Shown here: positions 38,225 through 47,144 of the stretch, piece after piece
Numbering within the stretch: the first letter of the stretch is position 1
Layout: every line of letters starts with the position of its first letter
Assembly: GCA_033763315.1 (NCBI GenBank)
Contig: JANRKS010000032.1
Coordinates: forward strand, 320,001 to 384,000
Direction of reading: 5' to 3'
DNA length: 64,000 nucleotides
Source of the DNA: Deltaproteobacteria bacterium
GTDB lineage: Bacteria > Myxococcota_A > Polyangia > Fen-1088
Notes under the pieces: model-generated
What the model was told of the DNA's origin: nothing
The model's input: the letters and a program-made list of their open reading frames with translations, nothing else
Databases searched by the model: none
Made by a program: the position numbers and the translations under genes

Positions 38225-40936
38225 CTAGAACTCGGCCCGAATGCCAATGATAGGCACGAGCGGCAAACCCTGTTGTGTCTTTGATTGACGGTAGTTGAAG
38301 TTGTATTGCAACCCTTCGGGGTTCGACCGGTTGTACACGTTCTGGATGTCAAGATACGCGTTCAACATCCACCGGTCGTAGATCCACTTTTTATCCACGC
38401 GGAAGTCAAGCTGGTGAAAAGCGCCTGAGCGCGCGGTGTTGGCTTGGCCATAAACCGGATCATAACGATCGGCAACCGAGTTGTAGAGCGCGCCAACCAC
38501 AGGCGTGCGGGGGTTGCCACTGACGAGACGGAACCGGCCGCCCACTTGCCAATTGCGCGGCAAAAGGTAACTGCCCAGCACGGTGAGGATGTGCGGCTGG
38601 TCGTAATCGAACAAGCGTGATTCCGTTTGGCCCGAATCGCGGCGCTTGGAGCGCGACAAGGTGTACGCGATCCATCCGGTGAAGTTGCGGTTGAACTCGT
38701 GACGAATCACCGCCTCCATACCGTAAACCTGCCCCTCGCCTTTGTTGTCATAGCGCAACGGCTTATTCATGCCGTTCTCCACAACTGTGGCGTCTGTTTG
38801 GCTGATGAGGTTGTAGAGGTCTTTATAGAACCCGGTGATGTCGAAGGTGAGGTAGGGGCGGGGGCGGTATTCGGCGCCGGCCGAATAGTGTAAAGCGCGC
38901 TCGTTCTTGACGTTCACGTTGCCGAAGTCCGCGGAGTTTTCCCAAGGCTGCGGCCCCTGCGAAAACAGGCCCACGCCGCCTTTGAGCACCCATTGCGTGT
39001 TAAGTGAGTGGCGCATGGTGACGCGTGGCTGAACCACCACCTCTTTGACCTGCGTTGAATAATCGAGGCGGACGCCAGGCAGCACCAATAGCTTGCTGGC
39101 AAGCCGAATCTCGGCCTCGGCGAACGCGGCGGGCAGCCAGTTGTCGTCGTTGTTGAATTCCGCCGTGATGGCCTTGGAAGCGTCGAACTCAGACTGTGGT
39201 TGCCCCTCTTGTGGAGGCGGCGGCAACCGAATGAGCCCCGAAGCGCGGTTGAACAACATATCAACGCCGTAGCGCAAAGTGATGCGGTCGCTCAGCTTTT
39301 GCTCCACGGTGTCGCGGATCTGTGAGCTGTACGTGGTCAGATCAAACACCAGGTTGCCCACGCGGAAATTGAACCAGTCGCGGCCTTGCGAGACGCGCAG
39401 ATAGTTGGAGAACGACGGGCTTGGCACATAGCGATAGCTGGTGGCCGATCGGTAAAACGTGGTGCTGGCAGAAAACGCGTTGTCAGTGACAGACGTGTCC
39501 AGCAAGGCAGGGTTGTTGAACAACAGCTTCAAGCTGTCGTCGGCGCCAAAAAAGAAAAAACGCAGATCGTGGGCGGGCGCCGGTCGGTAGTTGGCCAGCA
39601 ACTGGTAATCGTAATAGCGCGGCGCCGCGACAACGTTGACCGCGGCGTCATCGGGAACAGCGGCGTTGATGATGAAATCGATGTAGCTGCGGCGGCCGGC
39701 AAACGCGATCGAGCCTTTGTCACCAAGAGGCGTTTCCAGGTAAAGACCCGTGTCGAGGATGCTCACGTCGGCGTAGCCGTGCGTGCTCTTGGGCAGCTTG
39801 CGCTTGGTGCGCACGTCAATGACGCCGGCGGTGGCGCGGCCATATTCAGGCGCGTAGTTGCCGGGGTAAAAATCGATGCCGTCCAGCATGCCGATCGGGA
39901 TCACGCTGCGCAGGCCGCCGAAGTGATAGATGTTTGGCACTTCCACGCCGTCAACGAACACCTTGGTGTCCTCTGGGGCCGAACCGCGCACGATGATCTG
40001 CCCGCTGCCCAAGGGCGCGCGCGCCACACCGGCAAAGTTCTGCACAATCGAAAGCGGATCGCCTGCGGTGCCCGGAACTTTATCGATTTCGGCGGCCGAG
40101 ATAACGGTACGGCTCACCTCTTTGCGCGGGCGCGTGGCCGTCACTGTGACGTCGTAGGGGTTGTACGACGCTCGTTCTTCGTAATACGTCACATCAATGG
40201 CTTCGCCCTTGACGATGTCTTCCGTGGTGCGGAAGGGATAATACCCAGGCGCTTCAGCCAACACTTTCCACGCACCCTCGGGCAGATCGAAGAACTTGAA
40301 GTGGCCTGTGTTGTCGGTGGTGGCTTCATAGCCAATGGGTTGAGGGCCATCATCGCGGAACACGGTGACGATCACGCCAGGCAAAGGCGCGCGCGTGCCG
40401 CGTTCAAGCAACACACCGGTGAAGTTGGCCACGGGGGCCCTCGCCGGTTTTGCGGGCTGTGCGGGAGGCGTTTGGCTGGGATCGGCGTTGGGCGCGGGTT
40501 GAGCAGGAGCCTCTGGCGCGGGCGCGGCCGCCGCCAACGTGAAGTGGTACTTGTACGCCAGCTGCACGGCGATGGGTTTCCCGTTGACCTCGGCAGGCTC
40601 AAACTCAAACGTTTGCGCCGCGATCGTGGCGGCTTCTTCGAAGCCCAGGCCCGGCGCTGTGCATTCCACAACGCTTGCCGCATCGATGAGGCCCTTGTCG
40701 TTGATGTCCAGCAACAACGTCACATCGGCCTCAATGCCCTTGGCCTTGGCCTCCGCGGGGTAATCGGCCTGGGTGAACTTCGTTTGCTTGGGAACCTTGC
40801 TGAGCTTCGTGGCGTCGATGTTCTCGCGCGCTTGGGCGCCCGCAGGATTGCCAGCGGCGCCGTTGACGCCTTGAGCGTGCGCTGTGGCTGTGAACGCACA
40901 CACCGCCAAGCACGCCGCGTTTTGCAACCACTTCAT
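38225..40936 (-). CDS. TonB-dependent receptor with N-terminal TonB-C-like domain
   Basis: YPAEA..GIEADV..FEFEPA..NGKP; plug motifs IIVRGS, VFVDGV; C-terminal GIRAEF. Confidence 0.9.
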   Translation of the reverse strand: MKWLQNAACLAVCAFTATAHAQGVNGAAGNPAGAQARENIDATKLSKVPKQTKFTQADYPAEAKAKGIEADVTLLLDINDKGLIDAASVVECTAPGLGFEEAATIAAQTFEFEPAEVNGKPIAVQLAYKYHFTLAAAAPAPEAPAQPAPNADPSQTPPAQPAKPARAPVANFTGVLLERGTRAPLPGVIVTVFRDDGPQPIGYEATTDNTGHFKFFDLPEGAWKVLAEAPGYYPFRTTEDIVKGEAIDVTYYEERASYNPYDVTVTATRPRKEVSRTVISAAEIDKVPGTAGDPLSIVQNFAGVARAPLGSGQIIVRGSAPEDTKVFVDGVEVPNIYHFGGLRSVIPIGMLDGIDFYPGNYAPEYGRATAGVIDVRTKRKLPKSTHGYADVSILDTGLYLETPLGDKGSIAFAGRRSYIDFIINAAVPDDAAVNVVAAPRYYDYQLLANYRPAPAHDLRFFFFGADDSLKLLFNNPALLDTSVTDNAFSASTTFYRSATSYRYVPSPSFSNYLRVSQGRDWFNFRVGNLVFDLTTYSSQIRDTVEQKLSDRITLRYGVDMLFNRASGLIRLPPPPQEGQPQSEFDASKAITAEFNNDDNWLPAAFAEAEIRLASKLLVLPGVRLDYSTQVKEVVVQPRVTMRHSLNTQWVLKGGVGLFSQGPQPWENSADFGNVNVKNERALHYSAGAEYRPRPYLTFDITGFYKDLYNLISQTDATVVENGMNKPLRYDNKGEGQVYGMEAVIRHEFNRNFTGWIAYTLSRSKRRDSGQTESRLFDYDQPHILTVLGSYLLPRNWQVGGRFRLVSGNPRTPVVGALYNSVADRYDPVYGQANTARSGAFHQLDFRVDKKWIYDRWMLNAYLDIQNVYNRSNPEGLQYNFNYRQSKTQQGLPLVPIIGIRAEF

Positions 40937-41919
40937 TGGGGCGCCTCCACCAAAGTCACAAGGCCCCAGGTCCAGGCAACACCGCCGCGGTTGTCGCGAA
41001 TCACCGCCACCACTTTCGATTGCGTGCCTGGATATTTCTTGGCGATGGCCGGCCGCCAATCCGTGGTGGTGGCATCTTCCAACTTGGTTTTGCCGGCGAT
41101 GAAGCCGGTGCGTTCATCGTCGGTTGTGCCCGCGTCGATGAACCACGAAATGAATAAGCGTTCTTGTGAGGGCACAGGTTCGCCACGCTCATTGCGATCG
41201 ATGGATGGCTCGGCGCTGGCAAGCGGCACAACCGCGCGCAGGCGCATCGCACGCTGACGAAACGCGATTGCCAGGCCGTCGGTGGTAAGACTCTGCGGTT
41301 CGGCCTCAGGGTCATCCGAATCTTTTTTGAGCTGTTGCCCTGTGAGCCCCGAGATCTGCGGGTTGGTGTTCGGCAACGCGGCGGGATCGTACGCGAGATC
41401 CAGCGTGCGCACCGTTGTGACGGTGTCGGTCACGACGCCCGCTTTGCTGCTGGTGGCCACCATTTTGATCTGAATGGGGAAGCCGTTGGTGCAGCTAAAG
41501 ACGCTAAAGCCGGAAGCGGTTTCGTTGTTGCAAAGCATGGCCAGTATCGCGGCGGGAATGTTGTTCGTGAACGTGGCCGTGGGTTCAGTGCCCAAGTTAA
41601 ACGGCGGCAATTGCGCGGCGGCTTCGGGCCCCAGAATTTGCGCCAGCTGTGATTCTTGAACCAAGCACGGCGATCCCTGGTTTGCGGGCCCCGCCACGGG
41701 GCACCACGACCACGCATAGGTCACGATTTCATCCGCAGGGGCGAACACCAGGGGCGAAAGCGTGGTGGTTTGCCCAAACGCGGGCGACACCGGTTCGCTC
41801 TGCACCGCCAACACGCGCAAACCTTCGAGCCTGTTGTAGGGCGCGAAGTCCTCGCTGCAACTGGCTGCGGCCAGGGCCACACAGGCCCAGCCGAGCGTGT
41901 TCATGATGGTTCGTCTCAT
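40933..41919 (-). CDS. Lipoprotein co-transcribed with the TBDT
   Basis: Lipobox AASC; LRVLAVQSEP; VIRDNRGGVAW; overlaps with both neighbours. Confidence 0.8.
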   Translation of the reverse strand: MRRTIMNTLGWACVALAAASCSEDFAPYNRLEGLRVLAVQSEPVSPAFGQTTTLSPLVFAPADEIVTYAWSWCPVAGPANQGSPCLVQESQLAQILGPEAAAQLPPFNLGTEPTATFTNNIPAAILAMLCNNETASGFSVFSCTNGFPIQIKMVATSSKAGVVTDTVTTVRTLDLAYDPAALPNTNPQISGLTGQQLKKDSDDPEAEPQSLTTDGLAIAFRQRAMRLRAVVPLASAEPSIDRNERGEPVPSQERLFISWFIDAGTTDDERTGFIAGKTKLEDATTTDWRPAIAKKYPGTQSKVVAVIRDNRGGVAWTWGLVTLVEAPQ

Positions 41920-42935
41920 GATTCTTCCAACCGAAAACGATAGGTGAACGTGATGCTTGTGGGAACGTCGACGCCGTTCTTCTGGGCCGGCTCGAACTCT
42001 TCTTGTAAGGCGGCTTGTTTTGCCGACTCGTTCAAATCTGGCTGAGCTGCAGGCTTCACAATTTTCACGCCCGTGACTTTGCCGGCGGCGTCAAGCGATA
42101 CCATCACCACCACGTCGCCCTCAATGCCTTGGCTCTTTAGCGTTTCAGGATAACGAGGCTTCACTTCACGTTTGCGCTTGGCCGGCGTGAACACGATGCC
42201 CACGGTGGGAATGCGCGATGCCACACGGTTCGGGGTTTCTGTGGGCTGTTCAACGATCGGGCCCGCGCCCACGGGCGCCACCTTGGTTGGATCGGCGGCG
42301 GTCTTGCCTGTTTGACCTTCTCGCGTGTTGCCCACGGCGAAGGCCGGGCCGTTCCCGCCTTCGGTGGTTGAATCGAGGCTGAGGCCCACCACGCGCGGGG
42401 GTGGTTTATCGGGTTGAGGGGGCGGTGGTTCAGCTTGAGGCGGAGGCGGCGCCGCAGCCACCTTGGGAGGCGGCGTTTTTTCCACCTTGGCCACAGGCGG
42501 CTCGGGTTCAGGCTCTGGCGGGGGCGTGGGCTCGGGCGGTGGAGGAGGCGGCGGCTCGCGCACTTCTATCTTTACTTGCTGTTCGTCGCGCTTGAACTCC
42601 GGTTTGCGCCCACCCAACCAAACACCCGTCAACACCGCCAGCGCGTGCAGCGCCACGGCCGCCACAACCCAACCCGCGAAGGCCGCGGTTCGCTTGCCCC
42701 CGCTGCGTTCATGGCTGAGCGGATCAACAGCCTTTTGTGCGGCCGAAAGCGGCGTGCGCACAACGTTGCGCATGCGCAGTCGTGCCGCTTGCCGCGTGGC
42801 GGTGCGGCGCGCGGCAAAGGAGGTGCCGGTGGTGGGCTTGCGCGCAGGCGTTTGTGAGCCGACGGGATCCATGACGGATGCGCTAGGGCGCCGCAGCGCC
42901 GTTGCTAGGCACAACGGGAGGCGTGCCGCGTTCAA
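41916..42935 (-). CDS. tonB: Energy transducer TonB (start uncertain)
   Basis: TM with His (VALHAL), Pro-rich linker, YPE..GIEGDV..FEPA C-domain. Confidence 0.85.
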   Translation of the reverse strand: MNAARLPLCLATALRRPSASVMDPVGSQTPARKPTTGTSFAARRTATRQAARLRMRNVVRTPLSAAQKAVDPLSHERSGGKRTAAFAGWVVAAVALHALAVLTGVWLGGRKPEFKRDEQQVKIEVREPPPPPPPEPTPPPEPEPEPPVAKVEKTPPPKVAAAPPPPQAEPPPPQPDKPPPRVVGLSLDSTTEGGNGPAFAVGNTREGQTGKTAADPTKVAPVGAGPIVEQPTETPNRVASRIPTVGIVFTPAKRKREVKPRYPETLKSQGIEGDVVVMVSLDAAGKVTGVKIVKPAAQPDLNESAKQAALQEEFEPAQKNGVDVPTSITFTYRFRLEES

Positions 42936-43335
42936 TGTCTAAAGCAAAGGCCTTGATGCCGTTGGCTTTCACGATGTCGATCATTTCCACCACGCGCCCG
43001 TATTCCACGCCTTTGTCGCCCGCGATGACGGCTTGTGTTTTCGGATCCGCGTCGGCCGCCTTGCGAACCAGGCGCGCCGCCTCTTGCGGCGAAGACACGG
43101 GTTCACCGTTGATCAGAATTGGCCCCTCTTTGGGCACCACGAGGTTCAACGTGGATTCCACCCGGCTGCCGCCTGACGCGGCTTTGGGCAGCTCCACCTT
43201 TAAGCTGGCGCGAACGATGGTGGCCGACGTGAGCATGAAGATCACCAGCAACACCAAAACGATGTCAACGAACGGGATGATGTTGATCGAGGCGAGTGGT
43301 CCGTCGTCGTCGCCTGCGTCGTCTAATGAAGCCAT
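42883..43335 (-). CDS. exbD: ExbD/TolR
   Basis: INIIPFVDIVLVLLVIFM, VELPKA, GDKGVEYG. Confidence 0.9.
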   Translation of the reverse strand: MASLDDAGDDDGPLASINIIPFVDIVLVLLVIFMLTSATIVRASLKVELPKAASGGSRVESTLNLVVPKEGPILINGEPVSSPQEAARLVRKAADADPKTQAVIAGDKGVEYGRVVEMIDIVKANGIKAFALDIERGTPPVVPSNGAAAP

Positions 43336-43355
43336 GCGGATTCTCCTTCGCCGCG

Positions 43356-44012
43356 TTAGCTGGCTTTGCCGCTGCCGTCGGTGGCCTTCAACTGCGCCAG
43401 CAACACGCGCGACAGCATCTGGCAATCGGTGACGGCGTTCTTCACGCGGCCTTTGAAGACGTTGTAAGCAATGACGGCGGGAATGGCGACGAGCAAACCC
43501 ACTGCGGTGGCGATCAGAGCTTCAGCGATGCCCGCCATCACAGATGTGCTGGCGTCGGCCATGTTCGCAGCCAAATCACGGAACGATCGCACGATGCCCA
43601 ACACCGTGCCGAACAAACCGATGTAGGGCGCGTTGCTGGCCAACGTGGCGAGGAAGCTCAAACGCTTTTCATAGCGCGTGCGTTCGCGTCCCAAAGCGCC
43701 GGCGAGCAGATCCTCGACAGATTCGGGGCCCTTTTCCGCAGCCTGCAACCCCACCAACACCACATTGGTTTCAAGCGAATCACGCTGTTGCATCAGCGCC
43801 GCGGCGCCCGCAAAATCGCCCTTCGTCAACTTGTCGGAAAGCTGCTTGCGCAGATCGTCGGCGTTGACCTTGCGCTTTTGATAAAACGCGAAGCGTTCAA
43901 CCATGACGGCGATGGACGCGATCGACAAAAAGATCAGCAAATACAGTACCCATTCGGATTCGAAGATGGGCAGCTCCAAAAGCGTTTGGATGAATCGTGA
44001 ATTCTGGTTCAT
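43356..44012 (-). CDS. exbB: ExbB/TolQ proton channel
   Basis: APYIGLFGTVLGI, GIAEALIATAVGL..AIPAV..YN. Confidence 0.9.
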   Translation of the reverse strand: MNQNSRFIQTLLELPIFESEWVLYLLIFLSIASIAVMVERFAFYQKRKVNADDLRKQLSDKLTKGDFAGAAALMQQRDSLETNVVLVGLQAAEKGPESVEDLLAGALGRERTRYEKRLSFLATLASNAPYIGLFGTVLGIVRSFRDLAANMADASTSVMAGIAEALIATAVGLLVAIPAVIAYNVFKGRVKNAVTDCQMLSRVLLAQLKATDGSGKAS

Positions 44013-44116
44013 GGGGCATCTTCCGCGGACGGTTCACAAACGCGGCCCCGCGGGCCGGCGAGGCAGAACAGTAGCACCTGGTTTTGATGCCAGCCAAAGC
44101 CAAACCGAACTTAAGA

Positions 44117-45202
44117 TTACTTTACAAATCCGGACACTTGTCCGCTTTCGGCCGTGTGTGCGAACACTTCGATTTCGTTGTGGTTGTTGTGCATGTGTTT
44201 GGCGCGTGCAAACGCGAAGCCCGTGCGCAGCAACACCTCGATCACAGGCTCAACGATGGCGTGGTTGCCGGTCGCGCCCTTAAACTTGATCGTTACCACC
44301 AGCTGACGACACCATCGCTTTGATGCCCAGGATTCGATGAGTGTGACGCTGCGGTGAGGTTCGCAGATCACGTCACACAGCAACCAATCCACGGGCGCGG
44401 GCGGCACAAACGCGAAAGCATCGCCACGAACTTGTTGCAAACGCGGATGCCCGGCCGCCGGTGCCGCCAACGGCGCGCGATCCACGGCGGTCACAAAAGC
44501 GCCGCGTTTGAGCGCGGTATACGCCCAACCGCCAGGCGCGCCTCCGAGATCGACCACCGTTTGGTCCGGCAACGGAGCCCGCCCCAACCACGCAAAGGTC
44601 TCTTCCAGTTTGCGGTACGCGCGCGAAGGGGCTTGTTTGTCGGTGCTCACGGGTGCCAGTCCCGCGGGCCAGGGCGCTGTCACAAAGCCGCCGCTGGGCA
44701 ACGCAGGCGGGGTGACCGCACTCACCAACGCTGACGTTCGGCTCACCACCATCACCTGGACAAACGGGCTGCCTTGCTTCCAGCCGCGCAACAACGCCTT
44801 TTCATCGGGCGGCAGCAATCGAACGTGGCTGGTCTGGCAGTGGGTTTTCAAACGGCTGCGCAAGCCAGACAGCAGCGGTGCACAGCTTCTGTAGGGACCC
44901 TCGTGCGGTGTGAAGACATGCAGGCCCGCCACTTCCTTGGCCGCGGCGGCTTGCAGTTGGCCCGCCACTTCTTGGATCACGAGGTCGCCCAAGGCCTCGC
45001 TGGTTTTTGCCTTCACCAGCACGGCCTCCGGCAGAACTTGCCGCGCGAACATCGGATCGGCCTTGGCGCCGGGCGGTCGGGTCAAAACACCGGGCCAGCG
45101 GGGCGTGCGCACGCCGCTTGGTCCGAGTTCAGCGTCGAGCGCGTCCTCAAACTCGGGTTCAACGACGTAGGCGCAAAGCGCGCCGGTGGGAGGCGTAGGC
45201 AC
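44117..45202 (-). CDS. rlmM: RlmM-like 23S rRNA 2'-O-methyltransferase (FtsJ fold)
   Basis: APSRAYRKLEE, VDLGGAPGGW, AVDRAP, DWLLCDV. Confidence 0.75.
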   Translation of the reverse strand: MPTPPTGALCAYVVEPEFEDALDAELGPSGVRTPRWPGVLTRPPGAKADPMFARQVLPEAVLVKAKTSEALGDLVIQEVAGQLQAAAAKEVAGLHVFTPHEGPYRSCAPLLSGLRSRLKTHCQTSHVRLLPPDEKALLRGWKQGSPFVQVMVVSRTSALVSAVTPPALPSGGFVTAPWPAGLAPVSTDKQAPSRAYRKLEETFAWLGRAPLPDQTVVDLGGAPGGWAYTALKRGAFVTAVDRAPLAAPAAGHPRLQQVRGDAFAFVPPAPVDWLLCDVICEPHRSVTLIESWASKRWCRQLVVTIKFKGATGNHAIVEPVIEVLLRTGFAFARAKHMHNNHNEIEVFAHTAESGQVSGFVK

Positions 45203-45240
45203 AGCAGGCGGCTATCAGGTTGCGTCGCTAAGCGCAAGCG

Positions 45241-47103
45241 TTGTTGCCTGCGCTGGCCAGGCAAGGCTGGATTGTCGTTTTTCGCCCACCTGGCTTATCT
45301 TCGAGGCGCATGCACTTTATCCGCGTTTCGCCTTGTCCGCCGTGCTGGGCGCTGGCGTGCGTGGTGGGGCTCGTGCTGTTGTGTGGGCGCGCCGCGTGGG
45401 CGCAAACCGCGGTGCCGCCGCCGGCCCGCGTGGCGGCCCTGGGCACGTACCAGCAAGAGGCATTGCAGAAGGCGCTTGCCGCGCGCAACTTGGAGGTGGA
45501 TCCAAACCCCACAGGCAAACGCGTGGCCGGCATTTGGGTGAAGAACCTTGATGTGTTCGGGCCCGAAGACAGCGCGCTTTTGACCTGGCTCAACGTGTTT
45601 CACATGACCACGCGCGAGACGATCATTGCGCGCGAGGTGTTGCTGCGGCCGGGCGATGTGTGGAGCGACGACATTGCGGAGGAGACGCGCCGCCGCCTGA
45701 TGGATCCGTTGTTCACCAGCTACGTGGTTGTGATGCCCGTGCGCGCTGTGAACCCGAACGAAGTTTTTGTTCTGGTTGTGACGCGCGATTTGTTTAGCCT
45801 GCGGTTGAACACAGACTTCGAATATCAAGCGGGCGTGTTTTCGCTGCTGCGCATCGAGCCGGCGGAAAACAATTTTCTTGGCCGACGCAAACGTGTGGCG
45901 GGTGTATTCGAGATGGATCTGGGGCGCTTTAGCGTGGGGCCCACTTATTACGACAGCAACATCTGGGGCTCGCGCTGGCAATTATCGAGCGCGGTCCGCG
46001 CCATGTTTGCACGTGAGACGAGCGAATATGAGGGAACCGCAAGCGAAACCAAGTTGGAATATCCTTTGTGGTCGTTTGCGCGCAAGTGGAGCTTCGTCAC
46101 AACCTTCACGCATTTCAATGGGCCACAGCGCAGCTTTTTAGGGCCAGACCTGCGCACCTACGACGATAAGGCGACGCCCGATGAGGAGACGCTGCCTTGG
46201 CGGTACCGCTATAGGCGCGTGGGCACGTCAACCAGCGTGGTTCGTCAATACGGCACAACGGTTTTGCAGCGGTTTGGCGCCGGATACAGCTTCAATGTGC
46301 GGCGCCCCGGTGTGTTCGAAGAAGACTTTGCGACCACGGCGCCTGACGTGCGTGCAGCCTTCATGCGCGACGTGCTGCCGCGATCCGAGCGCGTTTCATC
46401 GCCGTTCATCTCCTACGTGGTTTTTACGCCCCGCTTTGTCACGTTCCGCGATGTCGAAACATTCGATCTTCCTGAAGACAGATCCCTGGGGCCCAGCCTT
46501 ATCCTCTACCTTGGATGGTCGGAGCCTGCGCTCGGTTCTGGGCGCCGGTTCCTTGACCTTTCAGGAACGCTGGCGTTCGACGCCGAGATCGGCCACCGGG
46601 GCCTCTTGCGTCTATCGGCCAGCGGCTCGGGGCGGGCAGATGTGCATAACAATGATTTGTACGACGCGCGCTGGAGCACGAATGCTTTTTTCGCCACGCC
46701 ACAAGTTGGCAAAGTGGCACGGCTGGTCGTGCGGCTGGGCAGCGAGCGTTTGATCGACAACCAAAGCGTGCGCAACGTGGCCATCGGCGGCGATTCCGGA
46801 TTGCGCGGATACCCCATCAACGCGTTCTTCGGTCCCACGTTGGTGCGCGGCAACGTGGAGCTGCGTAGCGCGCCACTGCGCGTGGCATTTGCGCGGCTCG
46901 GCCTGGCGGCGTTTTGGGACTTCGGCCACGCGGCGCCGCGGTTCGCCGATCTCGTGATTCGCCATGATTTCGGAATGGGCTTTCGGTTGTTGCTGCCGCA
47001 GTTGCAACCAACGGTGATACGGTTCGACTGGGCGGTTGCCACACAGGGGCCCACCGCCGGCCTTCCTGGCCGCTTCACGGCGGGTTTTACGCAGGCTTTC
47101 TAA
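45241..47103 (+). CDS. Omp85/BamA-TamA family outer-membrane protein (start probably ATG 45310)
   Basis: POTRA-like TRETIIAREVL, ENNFLG, GLRGYP, NVELR, C-terminal F. Confidence 0.8.
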   Translation: MLPALARQGWIVVFRPPGLSSRRMHFIRVSPCPPCWALACVVGLVLLCGRAAWAQTAVPPPARVAALGTYQQEALQKALAARNLEVDPNPTGKRVAGIWVKNLDVFGPEDSALLTWLNVFHMTTRETIIAREVLLRPGDVWSDDIAEETRRRLMDPLFTSYVVVMPVRAVNPNEVFVLVVTRDLFSLRLNTDFEYQAGVFSLLRIEPAENNFLGRRKRVAGVFEMDLGRFSVGPTYYDSNIWGSRWQLSSAVRAMFARETSEYEGTASETKLEYPLWSFARKWSFVTTFTHFNGPQRSFLGPDLRTYDDKATPDEETLPWRYRYRRVGTSTSVVRQYGTTVLQRFGAGYSFNVRRPGVFEEDFATTAPDVRAAFMRDVLPRSERVSSPFISYVVFTPRFVTFRDVETFDLPEDRSLGPSLILYLGWSEPALGSGRRFLDLSGTLAFDAEIGHRGLLRLSASGSGRADVHNNDLYDARWSTNAFFATPQVGKVARLVVRLGSERLIDNQSVRNVAIGGDSGLRGYPINAFFGPTLVRGNVELRSAPLRVAFARLGLAAFWDFGHAAPRFADLVIRHDFGMGFRLLLPQLQPTVIRFDWAVATQGPTAGLPGRFTAGFTQAF

Positions 47104-47144
47104 GCACCTCAAAGCGCCGGCGGTTGTGGTGTAGTATGCGCGCC

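Noticed and set aside
39386-41257. 623-aa + strand ORF and similar long antisense ORFs (1390..2505, 6567..7568, 29479..30615)
   Set aside because: Shadows of real genes caused by high-GC codon bias; no motifs
44100-44130. AT-rich patch upstream of exbB as a Fur box
   Set aside because: Poor match to GATAATGATAATCATTATC and overlaps the upstream stop codon
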